DNA from: Nibricoccus sp.
GTDB taxonomy: Bacteria; Verrucomicrobiota; Verrucomicrobiia; Opitutales; Opitutaceae
Length of the DNA: 64,000 nt
Reading direction: 5' to 3'
NCBI GenBank assembly: GCA_047602425.1
Contig: JASGHG010000001.1
Span: forward strand, 3,520,001 to 3,584,000
In this document: positions 20,497-30,964 of the stretch, piece after piece
How the letters are laid out: the number at the start of each line of letters is the position of its first letter
Numbering within the stretch: the first letter of the stretch is position 1
Translations under genes and position numbers: made by a program
The notes under the pieces: generated by a model
Database searches by the model: none
What the model saw: only the letters and a program-made list of their open reading frames with translations
Told to the model about the DNA's origin: nothing

Positions 20497-22732
20497 AAAA
20501 TTCCGTATTGATCGTATTCGGCCTGATGGTGGCTACACAGAATTTTATGATGGGTAGCGAGATTCTCCATGTAGACTTGAACCCGGTCACCGACCGCAAG
20601 GATGTGATCACGCCGGGATGGGTGAACTGGACCGTGCCGGAAGGCGCGCAGGCTACGCAGACCTTTGGCAAGGTGACGGTGACTTTGCGCAAGGCGGGCA
20701 ATGTGGGCGCCGGCTTGTGTGGTGTCATGTGGAAGGGCGGTTACGACACGGGCGCAACAATGGTAAGCGACGGCGTTACCGTGAAAGAGGGCGAAAAGGG
20801 CGGGGCGATGGAATTTGTGTTGAGCGGTCTTTCGCCCGGATCCGACACAGTTTGCTGACGTGGCACAATGAGATTTCTGCAAAATCTCAAAGCACTTGCC
20901 GCGTATCGGTCGACGGCGTTGTGAAGATCGAAAAATTACAACCGACCTTGCGTGCCACTGATGACGAGGACGCTGCGCAGGTCTATTTGGAATTTGAAGC
21001 CGCGGAAGGTCGTGACGTTGTGGTACTGTATCAGCCAGATGGTTCTGCCGGGGTTGGCAACGTGGTGATCAATGGATTTGAGCTGGATGCCGTAAATCCG
21101 GCCTTGCAGGCCCGAAAACCTTCGCCCGCGAATGGCGATGAGCATGCGCCTGAAAATCCTGTTTTGCGCTGGAGCCCGGCCAAAAATGCCAAGGCGCATC
21201 GCGTCTATTTTGGCCAAAGCAAGGAAGCAGTTGAAGCGGCTACGCCCGAGTCAGACGAATGCAGAGGGGTTTTTGCCTCACCGGCCTTCGAGACGAAGGA
21301 ATTGGCTCCGGATCATATGCGGACTTGGTTCTGGCGTGTGGACGAGATCGACGCTGAAAAAAACGTGACCAAGGGTAGTGTTTGGAGTTTTCGGCCACGC
21401 CATCTTGCTTTCCCGGGGGCAGAAGGTTATGGTCGCTATGCCATCGGAGGCCGTGGCGGTCGGGTGCTGGAAGTGACCAACCTCAACGACAGCGGGCCTG
21501 GCTCATTGCGCGAGGCGGTTGAGGCGGAAGGGCCCCGCACGGTCATTTTTCGAGTCGGCGGCGCGATCAATTTGAAATCGAAGCTGGTCATCCGAAATCC
21601 CTATCTGACCGTGGCCGGACAAACTGCTCCCGGCGATGGCATCGCGGTGCATGGGTACACGTTTGGCTGCTACGCCGTGCATGATGTGATCTTGCGCTAC
21701 ATACGCATCCGTGTGGGCGATCGCTCGGGCGAAACGATGGATGGCTCGGGCATGGGCGCTTCGACCGATCACGCGATCATGGATCATTGCTCGATCGCGT
21801 GGTCGATTGATGAAGGTTTTAGTTCGCGGGGAGGAAAGAACTTTACGTTGCAACGTTCGATTGTGGGCGAGGCGCTTAACATGTCAGTGCATTCGCATTA
21901 TGTCGGCACGGGAAAAGGGCACAGTTTTGCCGGCAGCATCTCCGGTGACATTGCCAGCTTTCATCATAACTTGGTGGCGAACTGCGCGGGCCGAAACTGG
22001 AGCCTGGCCGGAGGGCTTGACCGCCGCGGTCTATTTGCCGGGCGACTCGATATCCGAAATAACGTCGTCTATAACTGGAGTCACCGCACAAACGACGGCG
22101 GAGTGAAGGCGCTGAACCTGGTTGGCAATTATTATATTCCCGGGCCGGCCAGTAAAGTTTTCCATTTGCTCATGCCTGATTTTGGCACGGTGAAGGATCC
22201 GCAGCAGTACTTTCTGAACGGAAATAAAATGGAAGGGAAACCAGAATACGACGCGGACAATTGGGCTCACGAAGGGGTCAAGCTTCAGGAGAAAAGTCTG
22301 AATGAAATCAAGCTAACCAAAAGCCAGGTTCTGGAGTTAATCAGGCTGCCCAAGCCGTTTTGCGAATCGTACGTCGCCACACAACCGGCACGCGATGCGT
22401 ACGAAAATGTCATGGCTGACGTGGGCGCAAATTTTCCAAAATACGACTCTGTCGATGCCCGCGTCGTGAGGGATGTTTTGAAACGTGGTGTCACGGCTCA
22501 CGGTAGTAAAACCGGAATGCCTGGAATCATCGACTCACAAAAAGACGTGGGCGGCTATCCCGAAATGAAAGGCGGGGATGCGCCCGTCGACGGCGACCAC
22601 GATGGTTTGCCCGATGCGTGGGAATCGGCCCATGGCCTCGATCCAGCGAGTCCAACGGATGCGCAGAAGGTGGGCAATGGTGGCTATACGCATCTCGAAA
22701 ATTACCTGAACGAATTGCCGCTGAAAAAATGA
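20493..22732 (+). pseudogene. Secreted PL1-like pectate lyase with N-terminal accessory domains, frameshifted at ~20841 (real or sequencing error)
   Basis: Signal-peptide ORF 20493-20858 continues in the -1 frame (RHSLLTWHNE...) into AFPGAEGYG..GGRGG, DSGPGSLREA, TVAGQTAPGDGI, DGDHDGLPDAWE. Confidence 0.8.
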
Positions 22733-25074
22733 ATCGGTTCGTGCACCTTTTCCAACGAGCCTTCTTTGGCGTCGCATTTTTAGTTGTGGCGAGAAGTTTT
22801 GCTTGCGCGGACAATGTCTCTGCGCCGGGCTCCGGGCTTTGCCTTTGGTACACAAAGCCCGCCGGCAAATGGGACGAGGCACTGCCGATCGGCAACGGTC
22901 GCATGGGCGCCATGTTTTTTGGCGGCGTAGCCTCTGAGCGAATTCAGTTCAACGAGGATACGCTCTGGACGGGAAAACCGCACGACTATGCCCGCCCCGA
23001 TGCGCATACGCACCTCGCCGAGATCCGGCGGCTCATTGCTTCCGGTCAGGATGAAGCGGCAAAGAAACTCGTGCGCGAGAAGTTTCTCAGTGTGCCACTT
23101 CGCCAGAAGGCGTATCAACCTTTTGGAGACATACGAATCGTGTTTCCAGCCCATGAGGTTTTCACCGATTACCGGCGCGAGTTGGACCTGCAAAACGCGG
23201 TTGCCCGCGTTGGCTATCGAATAGGCAATGTCGTCTACCGCCGGGAGGTGTTTGCGAGCTATCCTGCACAAGCGGTGATTGTGAAAATCTCGGCGGATAA
23301 AAAGCAGGCGATTTCATTTTCGCTGAAGTTGGACAGTCCGCATAAAGTCTCCAGGTCCAAACCAGTCGCGCCCGACACGCTTTTGGTGCAGGGACAGGTG
23401 CAGGAAGATGGGTTGGGGTTTGAGGCGCGTGTACTTGTTCAAGCCAACGGTGGACGTATCTCTATTACGGAAGCGGGCATTGCGGTCGAAGCGGCGGACT
23501 CTGTCACTTTGATTTTGGTTGCGGCAACCAGTTTCAGAAATTTTCAAGACATCTCTGCGGACCCTGCTGCACGTTGCGAAGCCGATCTGGCGCAGCTTCG
23601 AGAGAGAACTTATGAGGAATTGTTGGCCGAGCACGTGGCGGATTACCGAGCGCTTTTCGGGCGCGTTTCGCTCGATCTCGGTCGCAATGCACAGGCGGAC
23701 AAACCCACCGATCAGCGGCAGCGGGAACTCAAAATGTTCGGATTGGAAAAGGACCCGGCGCTGGCGTCGTTGTTTTTTCAATACGGCCGCTATCTTTTGA
23801 TTGCCAGCAGTCGTCCCGGAAGCCGTCCAGCCAACTTGCAGGGCGTGTGGAACGAATTGCTGGACCCACCGTGGGAAAGCAAATGGACGACCAATATCAA
23901 TGCCGAGATGAACTATTGGCCGGCCGAAGTGACGAATCTCGGCGAATGTCATGAGCCGCTTTTCGATCTTACCGCCGACGTGGCAACGAGCGGAGCACGT
24001 ACAGCAAAGTCCCAATATGGATACGACGGCTGGGTGTTGCATCATAACACCGATCTCTGGTGCGGCACGGCGCCGATCAACAATATCGACGGCGTCTGGC
24101 CTACCGGTGGCGCGTGGTTGTGTCATCACCTTTGGGAACACCACCAATTTACTGGAGACAAAAGATTCCTCGCGAACCGTGCGTATCCGCTTTTCAAAGG
24201 CGCCTCGCGATTCTTCCTGGATTACCTTGTGAAGGACGAAAAGACCGGCTGGCTCGTGACGACGCCGTCGTTTTCGCCGGAGCAGGGCGGCTTATGTGCC
24301 GGCCCGACGATGGATACCCAACTGGTGCGGGCTCTTTTCGACTACACAATTGAGGCTGCACGCATTCTGAAAAAGGATACCGATTTCATTTCCAAGGTGA
24401 AGCAGGCGCGTTCGCAGTTGCCGCCGGATTTGATCGGGCGGCACGGACAATTGCAGGAATGGCTTGAAGACGTGGACAGGCCGAACAACAACCACCGGCA
24501 TATGTCACCGCTCTGGGCGCTTTACCCGGGGAACGACATCACACCTGCAAACGAGAAAGTTTTTGCTGCGGCCAAAACGCTCCTTAAGTGGCGTGGCGAT
24601 GGCAGCACAGGCTGGAGTTTTGCGTGGCGCATTCCATTATGGGCGCGAGTGGGCGACGGAGACTTTGCCTTTCGTCAGCTTAATCTCCAACTGACCAAGC
24701 GCACGTTGCCGAACCTTTTCGATCTTTGTGGTCCATTTCAGATCGATGGCAATTTCGGAGCCGCAGCTGGCATAGCTGAAATGTTGCTCCAAAGTCATCA
24801 GCGCACTGCTGGACTTACGGGCACCGTTGTCATCGAACTTCTACCTGCAGTGCCGAAAGTTTGGCGGGACGGTACGGTTGTTGGACTTTGCGCGCGGGAT
24901 GGATTCGAGGTCGACATCACTTGGCGGGACGCATCCCTGACGCGAGTCGCGGTTCGCTCCAAGCTCGGGCGGCCATGCATTCTGCGAAATGGCGTTCATG
25001 AAATAAGAATTGATACCGAAATGGGTAAAAGTTATCTTTTTGACGGTTCTCTAGCCAGAACCGACTCGAAATAA
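22729..25074 (+). CDS. GH95 alpha-L-fucosidase/alpha-L-galactosidase
   Basis: WDEALPIGNGRMGAM, FQYGRYLLIASSR, NINAEMNYW, HRHMSPLW, FQIDGNFG. Confidence 0.93.
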   Translation: MNRFVHLFQRAFFGVAFLVVARSFACADNVSAPGSGLCLWYTKPAGKWDEALPIGNGRMGAMFFGGVASERIQFNEDTLWTGKPHDYARPDAHTHLAEIRRLIASGQDEAAKKLVREKFLSVPLRQKAYQPFGDIRIVFPAHEVFTDYRRELDLQNAVARVGYRIGNVVYRREVFASYPAQAVIVKISADKKQAISFSLKLDSPHKVSRSKPVAPDTLLVQGQVQEDGLGFEARVLVQANGGRISITEAGIAVEAADSVTLILVAATSFRNFQDISADPAARCEADLAQLRERTYEELLAEHVADYRALFGRVSLDLGRNAQADKPTDQRQRELKMFGLEKDPALASLFFQYGRYLLIASSRPGSRPANLQGVWNELLDPPWESKWTTNINAEMNYWPAEVTNLGECHEPLFDLTADVATSGARTAKSQYGYDGWVLHHNTDLWCGTAPINNIDGVWPTGGAWLCHHLWEHHQFTGDKRFLANRAYPLFKGASRFFLDYLVKDEKTGWLVTTPSFSPEQGGLCAGPTMDTQLVRALFDYTIEAARILKKDTDFISKVKQARSQLPPDLIGRHGQLQEWLEDVDRPNNNHRHMSPLWALYPGNDITPANEKVFAAAKTLLKWRGDGSTGWSFAWRIPLWARVGDGDFAFRQLNLQLTKRTLPNLFDLCGPFQIDGNFGAAAGIAEMLLQSHQRTAGLTGTVVIELLPAVPKVWRDGTVVGLCARDGFEVDITWRDASLTRVAVRSKLGRPCILRNGVHEIRIDTEMGKSYLFDGSLARTDSK

Positions 25075-25140
25075 GAGGAGAGCGTGTTACTTCTTGAGGT
25101 GCCGGTCGTCTCTGTGATTACAAATCACTAAGCTAGTTTC

Positions 25141-26847
25141 ATGAAATACAGCTTCCTCTCTCCGTTTCTAAGAAATTCAATTTCCCTTGGCGTATGCTTA
25201 CTTGGCTTATCGGCACTGCCAGCGGTTGGCCTAGCGCGCGAAAGTTGGCCGGAGCCGACTGAAACCGCCAAACGCGCTGCTGCTGCTGCGAAGGTTCATG
25301 AAGCCGAGGTGTGGAAGCGGATCGAGCCCGAGTTGCAGGCGTGGGCGGCCAAAGGCAAACCCTACATTCCTAATGCCGGCAGGCCAGGCGTGGATTTGCC
25401 GCAAGCGACTGTACCGGCATTTCCTGGTGCGGAAGGCGCTGGCGCGTACAGTTTCGGCGGACGTGGCGGGAAAGTTTTTGTTGTTACAAGTCTGGCTGAC
25501 AGCGGCCGGGGTACGTTTCGCGAGGCCTGCGAAGCCGCCGGACCACGTATCGTTGTATTTAACGTCGCTGGTATTATCCAACTGGAGAGCCCGGTCCATA
25601 TTCGCGCGCCTTACATAACTATTGCTGGCCAAACAGCGCCGGGTGACGGCGTATGTATTGCCGGAGCCACTACAGCCATCGATACGCACGATGTGGTGAT
25701 TCGCTATATGCGTTTTCGCCGGGGTCAGGCGGATGTTTCCGAGCGCGACGACTCGCTCGGCGGCAAGCCCGTGGGCAACATCGTTCTCGATCACGTTTCG
25801 GCGAGCTGGGGCTTTGACGAAAATCTCTCGATCTACAGTCATCTCTGCAAATCCGACGACGGTACAAAAGATATCAAGACGCCAACCGTGCATCTCACCA
25901 TCCAATGGACGATTTCGAGCGAGGGGTTGAACACCTATTCGCATGGCTTTGGCGGCACCTGGGGCGGACGTTATGTTTCTTTCCACCACAACCTTTTTGC
26001 CTGCAACAGTGGTCGCAATCCGAGCATCGGGTGGGGCGACCAAATCGATTTCCGCAACAATGTTCTTTTCAACTGGGTTCATCGCAGCATCGACGGTGGG
26101 GACGCGACCTCGTGGGTAAATGTTGTGGGGAACTACTTCAAACCTGGACCGGCGACCGAGGGCGAATTGCGGCATCGCATTGCGAAACCCGAGGCTTTCC
26201 GAAATTTCAAGGAGGGCGGCGACCGCGAAGGCAAATGGTATATCGCCAGAAATATTGTTGAGGGAAACGAAACAGTCACCAAGGACAATTGGTCTGGTGG
26301 TGTACAACTCGACACAGAGAAACCATTGAAAATCACCAGCTCGACGGTTGTTGGAACGGGTGACCGCGCCAAGGACATCGAGCTCTACCTCGCGAAGGGG
26401 CGCATGGCGAAGCCATTTGAGGCGCCGGCGATTTCTGAGCAACAAGCGGCCGAGGCTTACCAACTTGTCCTGGATCGGGTAGGCGCCACGCTTCCGAAGC
26501 GCGATGCAGTCGATCTCCGCGTAGCCGAACAAGTAAGAACCGGTAATTGTATTTACACGGCGGGTAAAGGTATCATCACGGACATTTCGCAGGTCGGCGG
26601 TTATCCGACGTACCAAGGCATTCCAGCCTCCGATCTGAGTGAAGACGGGATTCCCTTGTGGTGGAAAAATAAATATAAACTTGATCCCCATGATCCGACC
26701 CTCGCCTCGAAGGACCTGCAAGGAGACGGTTACACCGTCATTGAAAAGTACCTCGCAGGTCTTGATCCGACCAAGAAGATCGACTGGACCAATCCGGCGA
26801 GTAATGTGAACACGCTTTCCACAGCTGCATTTAGTCCGACCAAATAA
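25141..26847 (+). CDS. Secreted PL1-like pectate/polysaccharide lyase
   Basis: Signal peptide; PAFPGAEGAG..SFGGRGG; TIAGQTAPGDG; DHVSASWGFDE; HHNLFA..GRNP. Confidence 0.87.
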   Translation: MKYSFLSPFLRNSISLGVCLLGLSALPAVGLARESWPEPTETAKRAAAAAKVHEAEVWKRIEPELQAWAAKGKPYIPNAGRPGVDLPQATVPAFPGAEGAGAYSFGGRGGKVFVVTSLADSGRGTFREACEAAGPRIVVFNVAGIIQLESPVHIRAPYITIAGQTAPGDGVCIAGATTAIDTHDVVIRYMRFRRGQADVSERDDSLGGKPVGNIVLDHVSASWGFDENLSIYSHLCKSDDGTKDIKTPTVHLTIQWTISSEGLNTYSHGFGGTWGGRYVSFHHNLFACNSGRNPSIGWGDQIDFRNNVLFNWVHRSIDGGDATSWVNVVGNYFKPGPATEGELRHRIAKPEAFRNFKEGGDREGKWYIARNIVEGNETVTKDNWSGGVQLDTEKPLKITSSTVVGTGDRAKDIELYLAKGRMAKPFEAPAISEQQAAEAYQLVLDRVGATLPKRDAVDLRVAEQVRTGNCIYTAGKGIITDISQVGGYPTYQGIPASDLSEDGIPLWWKNKYKLDPHDPTLASKDLQGDGYTVIEKYLAGLDPTKKIDWTNPASNVNTLSTAAFSPTK

Positions 26848-26876
26848 CCCTGCGAAATTTTCCAAAACTTCAGCAC

Positions 26877-27590
26877 ATGTCGTCTCAATTCAAAACCACG
26901 GCCGTTTCCGCAATTATGTTTCTCCTTTCGATCCCTGTTTTTGCGGGTGTCGATGGCAAACCTGAGATTTCGGTTCCCGCCAAACCTCCGGCTTCAGCCG
27001 ATTCCAGCGACGCCGTCTATGCTCGAAAATTGCAGGAGCGCGTCGTCAAGATCGTGGCCACGCTGGACCTCAAAGACGAAAAACAACGCGAGCGCGTGCA
27101 CAACGTGATTGTGGCTCAATATCGCCTGCTAAACACCTGGCATGATACAAACGATTCGCATCTGACGGAGTTGAAGAAAACAGCTTCCGGACCTGACACT
27201 GAAAAGTCCGCCGCGGCGAAAACCGAAATCGAGGCGATCAAAGCCACGCTCAAGACCGTGCACGACAATTATCTCGCCGAGTTGGCAAAGGATCTTTCCC
27301 CCCAACTTATTGAAAGAGTCAAAGACGGCATGACCGTCGGAAAAGTTCAGTTTACCTATACGGGTTACGTGCAACAGATCCCTTCGCTGACCGAAGAACA
27401 AAGAGCCAAGGTGTTGGAATTACTCAAGGAGGCTCGGGAGGAGGCAATGGACGCTGGAAGTATGGACGAGAAATCCGATATTTTTAATCGTTACAAAGGT
27501 CGCATTAATAACTGGCTTTCGAAGCAGGGTGTCGAGCAAGGCAAGGGGAAGAAGCCCAAGGCGGAAAAGAAGGAACCGGCAGCCCAATAA
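26877..27590 (+). CDS. DUF3826-like exported protein
   Basis: Signal peptide; VKDGMT, EAREEAMDAGS, FNRYKGRINNWLSKQG. Confidence 0.75.
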   Translation: MSSQFKTTAVSAIMFLLSIPVFAGVDGKPEISVPAKPPASADSSDAVYARKLQERVVKIVATLDLKDEKQRERVHNVIVAQYRLLNTWHDTNDSHLTELKKTASGPDTEKSAAAKTEIEAIKATLKTVHDNYLAELAKDLSPQLIERVKDGMTVGKVQFTYTGYVQQIPSLTEEQRAKVLELLKEAREEAMDAGSMDEKSDIFNRYKGRINNWLSKQGVEQGKGKKPKAEKKEPAAQ

Positions 27591-27601
27591 TATTCACAAC
27601 G

Positions 27602-28567
27602 ATGACCTCATCCAATCGTCCAGAGGATTTCAGAGGTTTGACGCGGCGGCGCTTTCTCGGAACTGCGGTCGCAGGTATGCTTTTGGCCCAGCGATCGCTT
27701 TGGGCGGACGATCTAGTTAAGGCAATGCCCGAAAAGACGGAACCGCATCCGCCGCGCAAATCTCAGCGCTATAAAGTCGCCGCGGCGGACATCATGTTGC
27801 TCAAGCGCCAAAAGCTGGGGGCATTGCCATTGGCCCGGGAGCTTGGTCTCGAAGGCGTCGAGGTCGACATGGGCGGCTTGGGCGATCGACCTACTTTCGA
27901 CAGCAAACTCAACGATCCTGCTATTCGACAGCAATATTTCGAGAAATTGGCCGAACTGGATCTCGAGATCAGTTCGCTCGCGATGACGGGCTTCTTCGCT
28001 CAATCGTTTCCCGAGCGGGAAGGCTACGAGAGGACTATACAGGATTGTATCGATGCAATGGTTGCGCTCAAAGTGAAAACGGCCTTCCTGCCACTCGGCA
28101 TTAAAGGCGATCTTCAGCAACGTCCGGAGATGCGGCCAGCAGTGATCGCGCGTTTAAAAAAAATCGCGAAGCCTGCGGAAGAGGTTGGTGTGATCATCGG
28201 CGTAGAGACATCGCTAAGTGCGGCTGAAGAAGTGAAATTGTTTGATGAAATCGGTTCACCATCGATCCGCAGCTATTTCAATTTCGCCAATGCCATTAAA
28301 AATGGCCGGGATATTTGCACTGAGTTGCGCACGTTGGGCCGTGAGCGGGTCTGCCAGATTCATTGCACCAATGAGGATGGCGTCTGGCTGGAGAAAGATC
28401 CCAAGGTCGACTTGCCGAAAATAAAAAACACCCTGGATGAGCTTGGCTGGTCCGGTTGGTTGGTGATGGAACGTTCCCGCGACGCCGCCGATCCGCGTAA
28501 TGTGAAACGCAACTTCGGCGCCAACGCCGCATACCTAAAATCCGTTTTCCAAAATCCAGCTCTATAA
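27602..28567 (+). CDS. Tat-exported sugar phosphate isomerase/epimerase (xylose isomerase-like TIM barrel)
   Basis: TRRRFLG Tat motif; IIGVET, QIH, WSGWLVMERSR. Confidence 0.8.
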   Translation: MTSSNRPEDFRGLTRRRFLGTAVAGMLLAQRSLWADDLVKAMPEKTEPHPPRKSQRYKVAAADIMLLKRQKLGALPLARELGLEGVEVDMGGLGDRPTFDSKLNDPAIRQQYFEKLAELDLEISSLAMTGFFAQSFPEREGYERTIQDCIDAMVALKVKTAFLPLGIKGDLQQRPEMRPAVIARLKKIAKPAEEVGVIIGVETSLSAAEEVKLFDEIGSPSIRSYFNFANAIKNGRDICTELRTLGRERVCQIHCTNEDGVWLEKDPKVDLPKIKNTLDELGWSGWLVMERSRDAADPRNVKRNFGANAAYLKSVFQNPAL

Positions 28568-28637
28568 GGATGCGAGGCACCCATTTAAAACCGGCGCTAA
28601 GAACACTTCGACATATCGTAAGTGCTTGTTTATAAAG

Positions 28638-28712
<75 letters not shown>

Positions 28713-28809
28713 GTTTTATGTCCCGGGCCACCTAGGGCGGCTGGGAAGTGGGACGGTATGAAGCGGCTGGAGGGCGTCAAGGTTTTCGTGGGGCACCTTC
28801 CTTAGCGTG

Positions 28810-30102
28810 TTATTTTGCCAAAACCGGGGCTTCGCGGCCTTTCGCGCTGCGGAATTCTTCGACGTAGCGCTCCAGTTCCTCGATGGCTCGGGCGGGACCA
28901 TTTTCTGAAAGTAAAACGGCTTGAACCCTGGCGGCATTTTGCTCGTGAGCGGGATTGGCGAGAAGCCGGTCGAGCGCACTGCGCAGGAGTTCGGGCCACC
29001 GTTTGCGGTTGGCGAGGCGAAAACCGCATCCAAGACGTTCGACTTCGCTGCCGAAGAAATTCTGATCACCGATGTGCGGGACGACGATTTGAGGTTTGCC
29101 GGCGTGGAGCGCGCTGGCGGTGGTACCAGCCCCGCCGTGATGCACGATGGCCGAAGCGTGGCGGAAAAGCTGATCGTGGGAAACTTTCCCGATGACCTTG
29201 ATATGGCCGTCTTCGGCGAGCGCCGGAAATTGAGCCCAGCCGCGTTGAACGATGATCTTGCGATCGCGCGGCCAGGCGCGGAGGAAGCGTTCCATCATCC
29301 CGCCGGGGTTGTCATATACCATGCTGCCGAAAGTGATCACGGGGACTTTTTCTCCCGCGCAGAAGGAATTGAGTTCCGCGTCCAGCCTGGCATCCGCGGG
29401 GGCCTGCCAGCGGCAATAACCGGTGAAACGGAAACGCGGATCGAACTCCGCATGAGGCGGACGTAGTATTTTTTCGGATACGGCAACGATCACGCGATCG
29501 GCGGGTTCGGAGAAAAAGCCTCGAACCTTGGGCAGGCCGGCGGCGCGCAAATCGTCATGAATGGTTTGGTTAATCGCGCGATCGACGATGGCATTACCCA
29601 CTTTCCAGAGCCAACGGTTCCAGGCACGACGGGTGTTCCGGCCCAGCCATTGAGGCGAGGGGACATTTTCCGGCGGATAGTCGGGTGACGGGATTGCGTG
29701 CGGGGCGAAGGCAATCGTGGCAAAAGGCACGCCGCGGCGGTCGGCGATACTCTTGTTCATTGGGAAAAGATAGGACGAAACGAGCAGGTCGGCCGTGGCG
29801 AGCGCGGCGTCCATGCGCGCGATCATCTCGGGAATGTAGGCCTTGGCGCCGACGTAGATCTCGCGCAACTGGTAAATCGGCGTTCGGATTTTTTGCAGGC
29901 GGCCCATCCAATAGCTGAGATCGGCCTGTTCCCAATTGGGACAAAGCGGACAGACTTCGATGCCGGCGGCTTCGATCTCGCTTTGGTAATGGGGAATGGT
30001 TGCGAAGCGGACCGAGTGGCCGGCTTTTTGCATGGCGACCGCCAATGCAATGACTGGATAAATGTCTCCGGTGGAGCCGTGCGAGGTGAGGATGACGCGC
30101 AT
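28810..30102 (-). CDS. GT1 glycosyltransferase (sterol glucosyltransferase/rhamnosyltransferase-like)
   Basis: HGSTGDIYP, VHHGGAGTT, PHIGDQNF. Confidence 0.9.
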   Translation of the reverse strand: MRVILTSHGSTGDIYPVIALAVAMQKAGHSVRFATIPHYQSEIEAAGIEVCPLCPNWEQADLSYWMGRLQKIRTPIYQLREIYVGAKAYIPEMIARMDAALATADLLVSSYLFPMNKSIADRRGVPFATIAFAPHAIPSPDYPPENVPSPQWLGRNTRRAWNRWLWKVGNAIVDRAINQTIHDDLRAAGLPKVRGFFSEPADRVIVAVSEKILRPPHAEFDPRFRFTGYCRWQAPADARLDAELNSFCAGEKVPVITFGSMVYDNPGGMMERFLRAWPRDRKIIVQRGWAQFPALAEDGHIKVIGKVSHDQLFRHASAIVHHGGAGTTASALHAGKPQIVVPHIGDQNFFGSEVERLGCGFRLANRKRWPELLRSALDRLLANPAHEQNAARVQAVLLSENGPARAIEELERYVEEFRSAKGREAPVLAK

Positions 30103-30552
30103 GTCTTGCGGGAGCGTTGGGTCAAATCACCGTGTAAAGCGAGCCAGAGTTCGCAACGTTTTGGTGACGGGAAAGCGCCTGTTTCTTCGATTGGTTTAAG
30201 GCTAAATGTAATAAATTTGCGAATGCGAAATCGCATGCCAACGTTCCAAATTTTTTTACCTCCAGAAGGTTAGGGCCTACCCTAATAAACGGTAGGGGCC
30301 TCGATACGGAAGAATGAATATTATAAGATTCGTATTTAAAGCAAGATGCGAATGTCTAAATCGCGTAGATGCATAAGAAGGTTAAGCTACCGACGCGAAA
30401 TATACTAAAAGAGGGCGCTGGAAAGTCAGTTTTACATGAAAATTACTTGCAATAAGGATGCAAATGAGTTCTATTAGTGCCCGTTCAAGACAGCGACGAC
30501 CTCAACACCTCAACCTAAACCAAGTAAAATCCCCCAAATCCAAAACCAGTAT

Positions 30553-30834
30553 ATGACCCCCAATAAAAGCCGCGCCGCGATTAAAAATCTGTTCCGCACA
30601 AGCCTTGTGGTTTGCGTTGGTTTCGGGGTTTCAGCGATGGTTGCGGTTGCCGGTCAGCGCACGACGAGTGTGGTTCCGGTCAATGTGACGGGCGAATATG
30701 CGGCCATGGATCCGGCGGTTTTTGGTTCTTCGTCTGGCCAAGCCAGCATGAAGGCTGCTCCTACGACCTGGTCTTCGCGTTCCAACGTTCGTTGGAATGC
30801 CCGCTGGTCGAATCAGGGGCGTTACTTGGTCTGA
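30553..30834 (+). CDS. Small hypothetical secreted protein with Trp/Arg-rich C-terminus
   Basis: ATG after a long AT-rich intergenic region, signal-peptide-like N-terminus (AVA cleavage), terminator immediately downstream. Confidence 0.6.
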   Translation: MTPNKSRAAIKNLFRTSLVVCVGFGVSAMVAVAGQRTTSVVPVNVTGEYAAMDPAVFGSSSGQASMKAAPTTWSSRSNVRWNARWSNQGRYLV

Positions 30835-30859
30835 GCGCCAGTTGATCCACACACACTTC

Positions 30860-30895
30860 AAACGCCGCGACCTGAGTCGCGGCGTTTGTGTTTTT
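30860..30895 (+). terminator. Terminator hairpin between convergent genes
   Basis: AAACGCCGCGAC-CTGA-GTCGCGGCGTTT followed by GTGTTTTT. Confidence 0.8.
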
Positions 30896-30964
30896 AAGGG
30901 GGCGTGAGAGGAGGTTGAGGGGTACTTTCGGCCGACGTGGAAGTCGGCCCTCCAATTGTGCGCG

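Noticed and set aside
25231..26865. 544-aa antisense ORF (similarly 39048-40874, 61654-62970, 9736-11043)
   Set aside because: Shadow ORFs opposite well-supported genes in GC-rich DNA, with no recognisable motifs.
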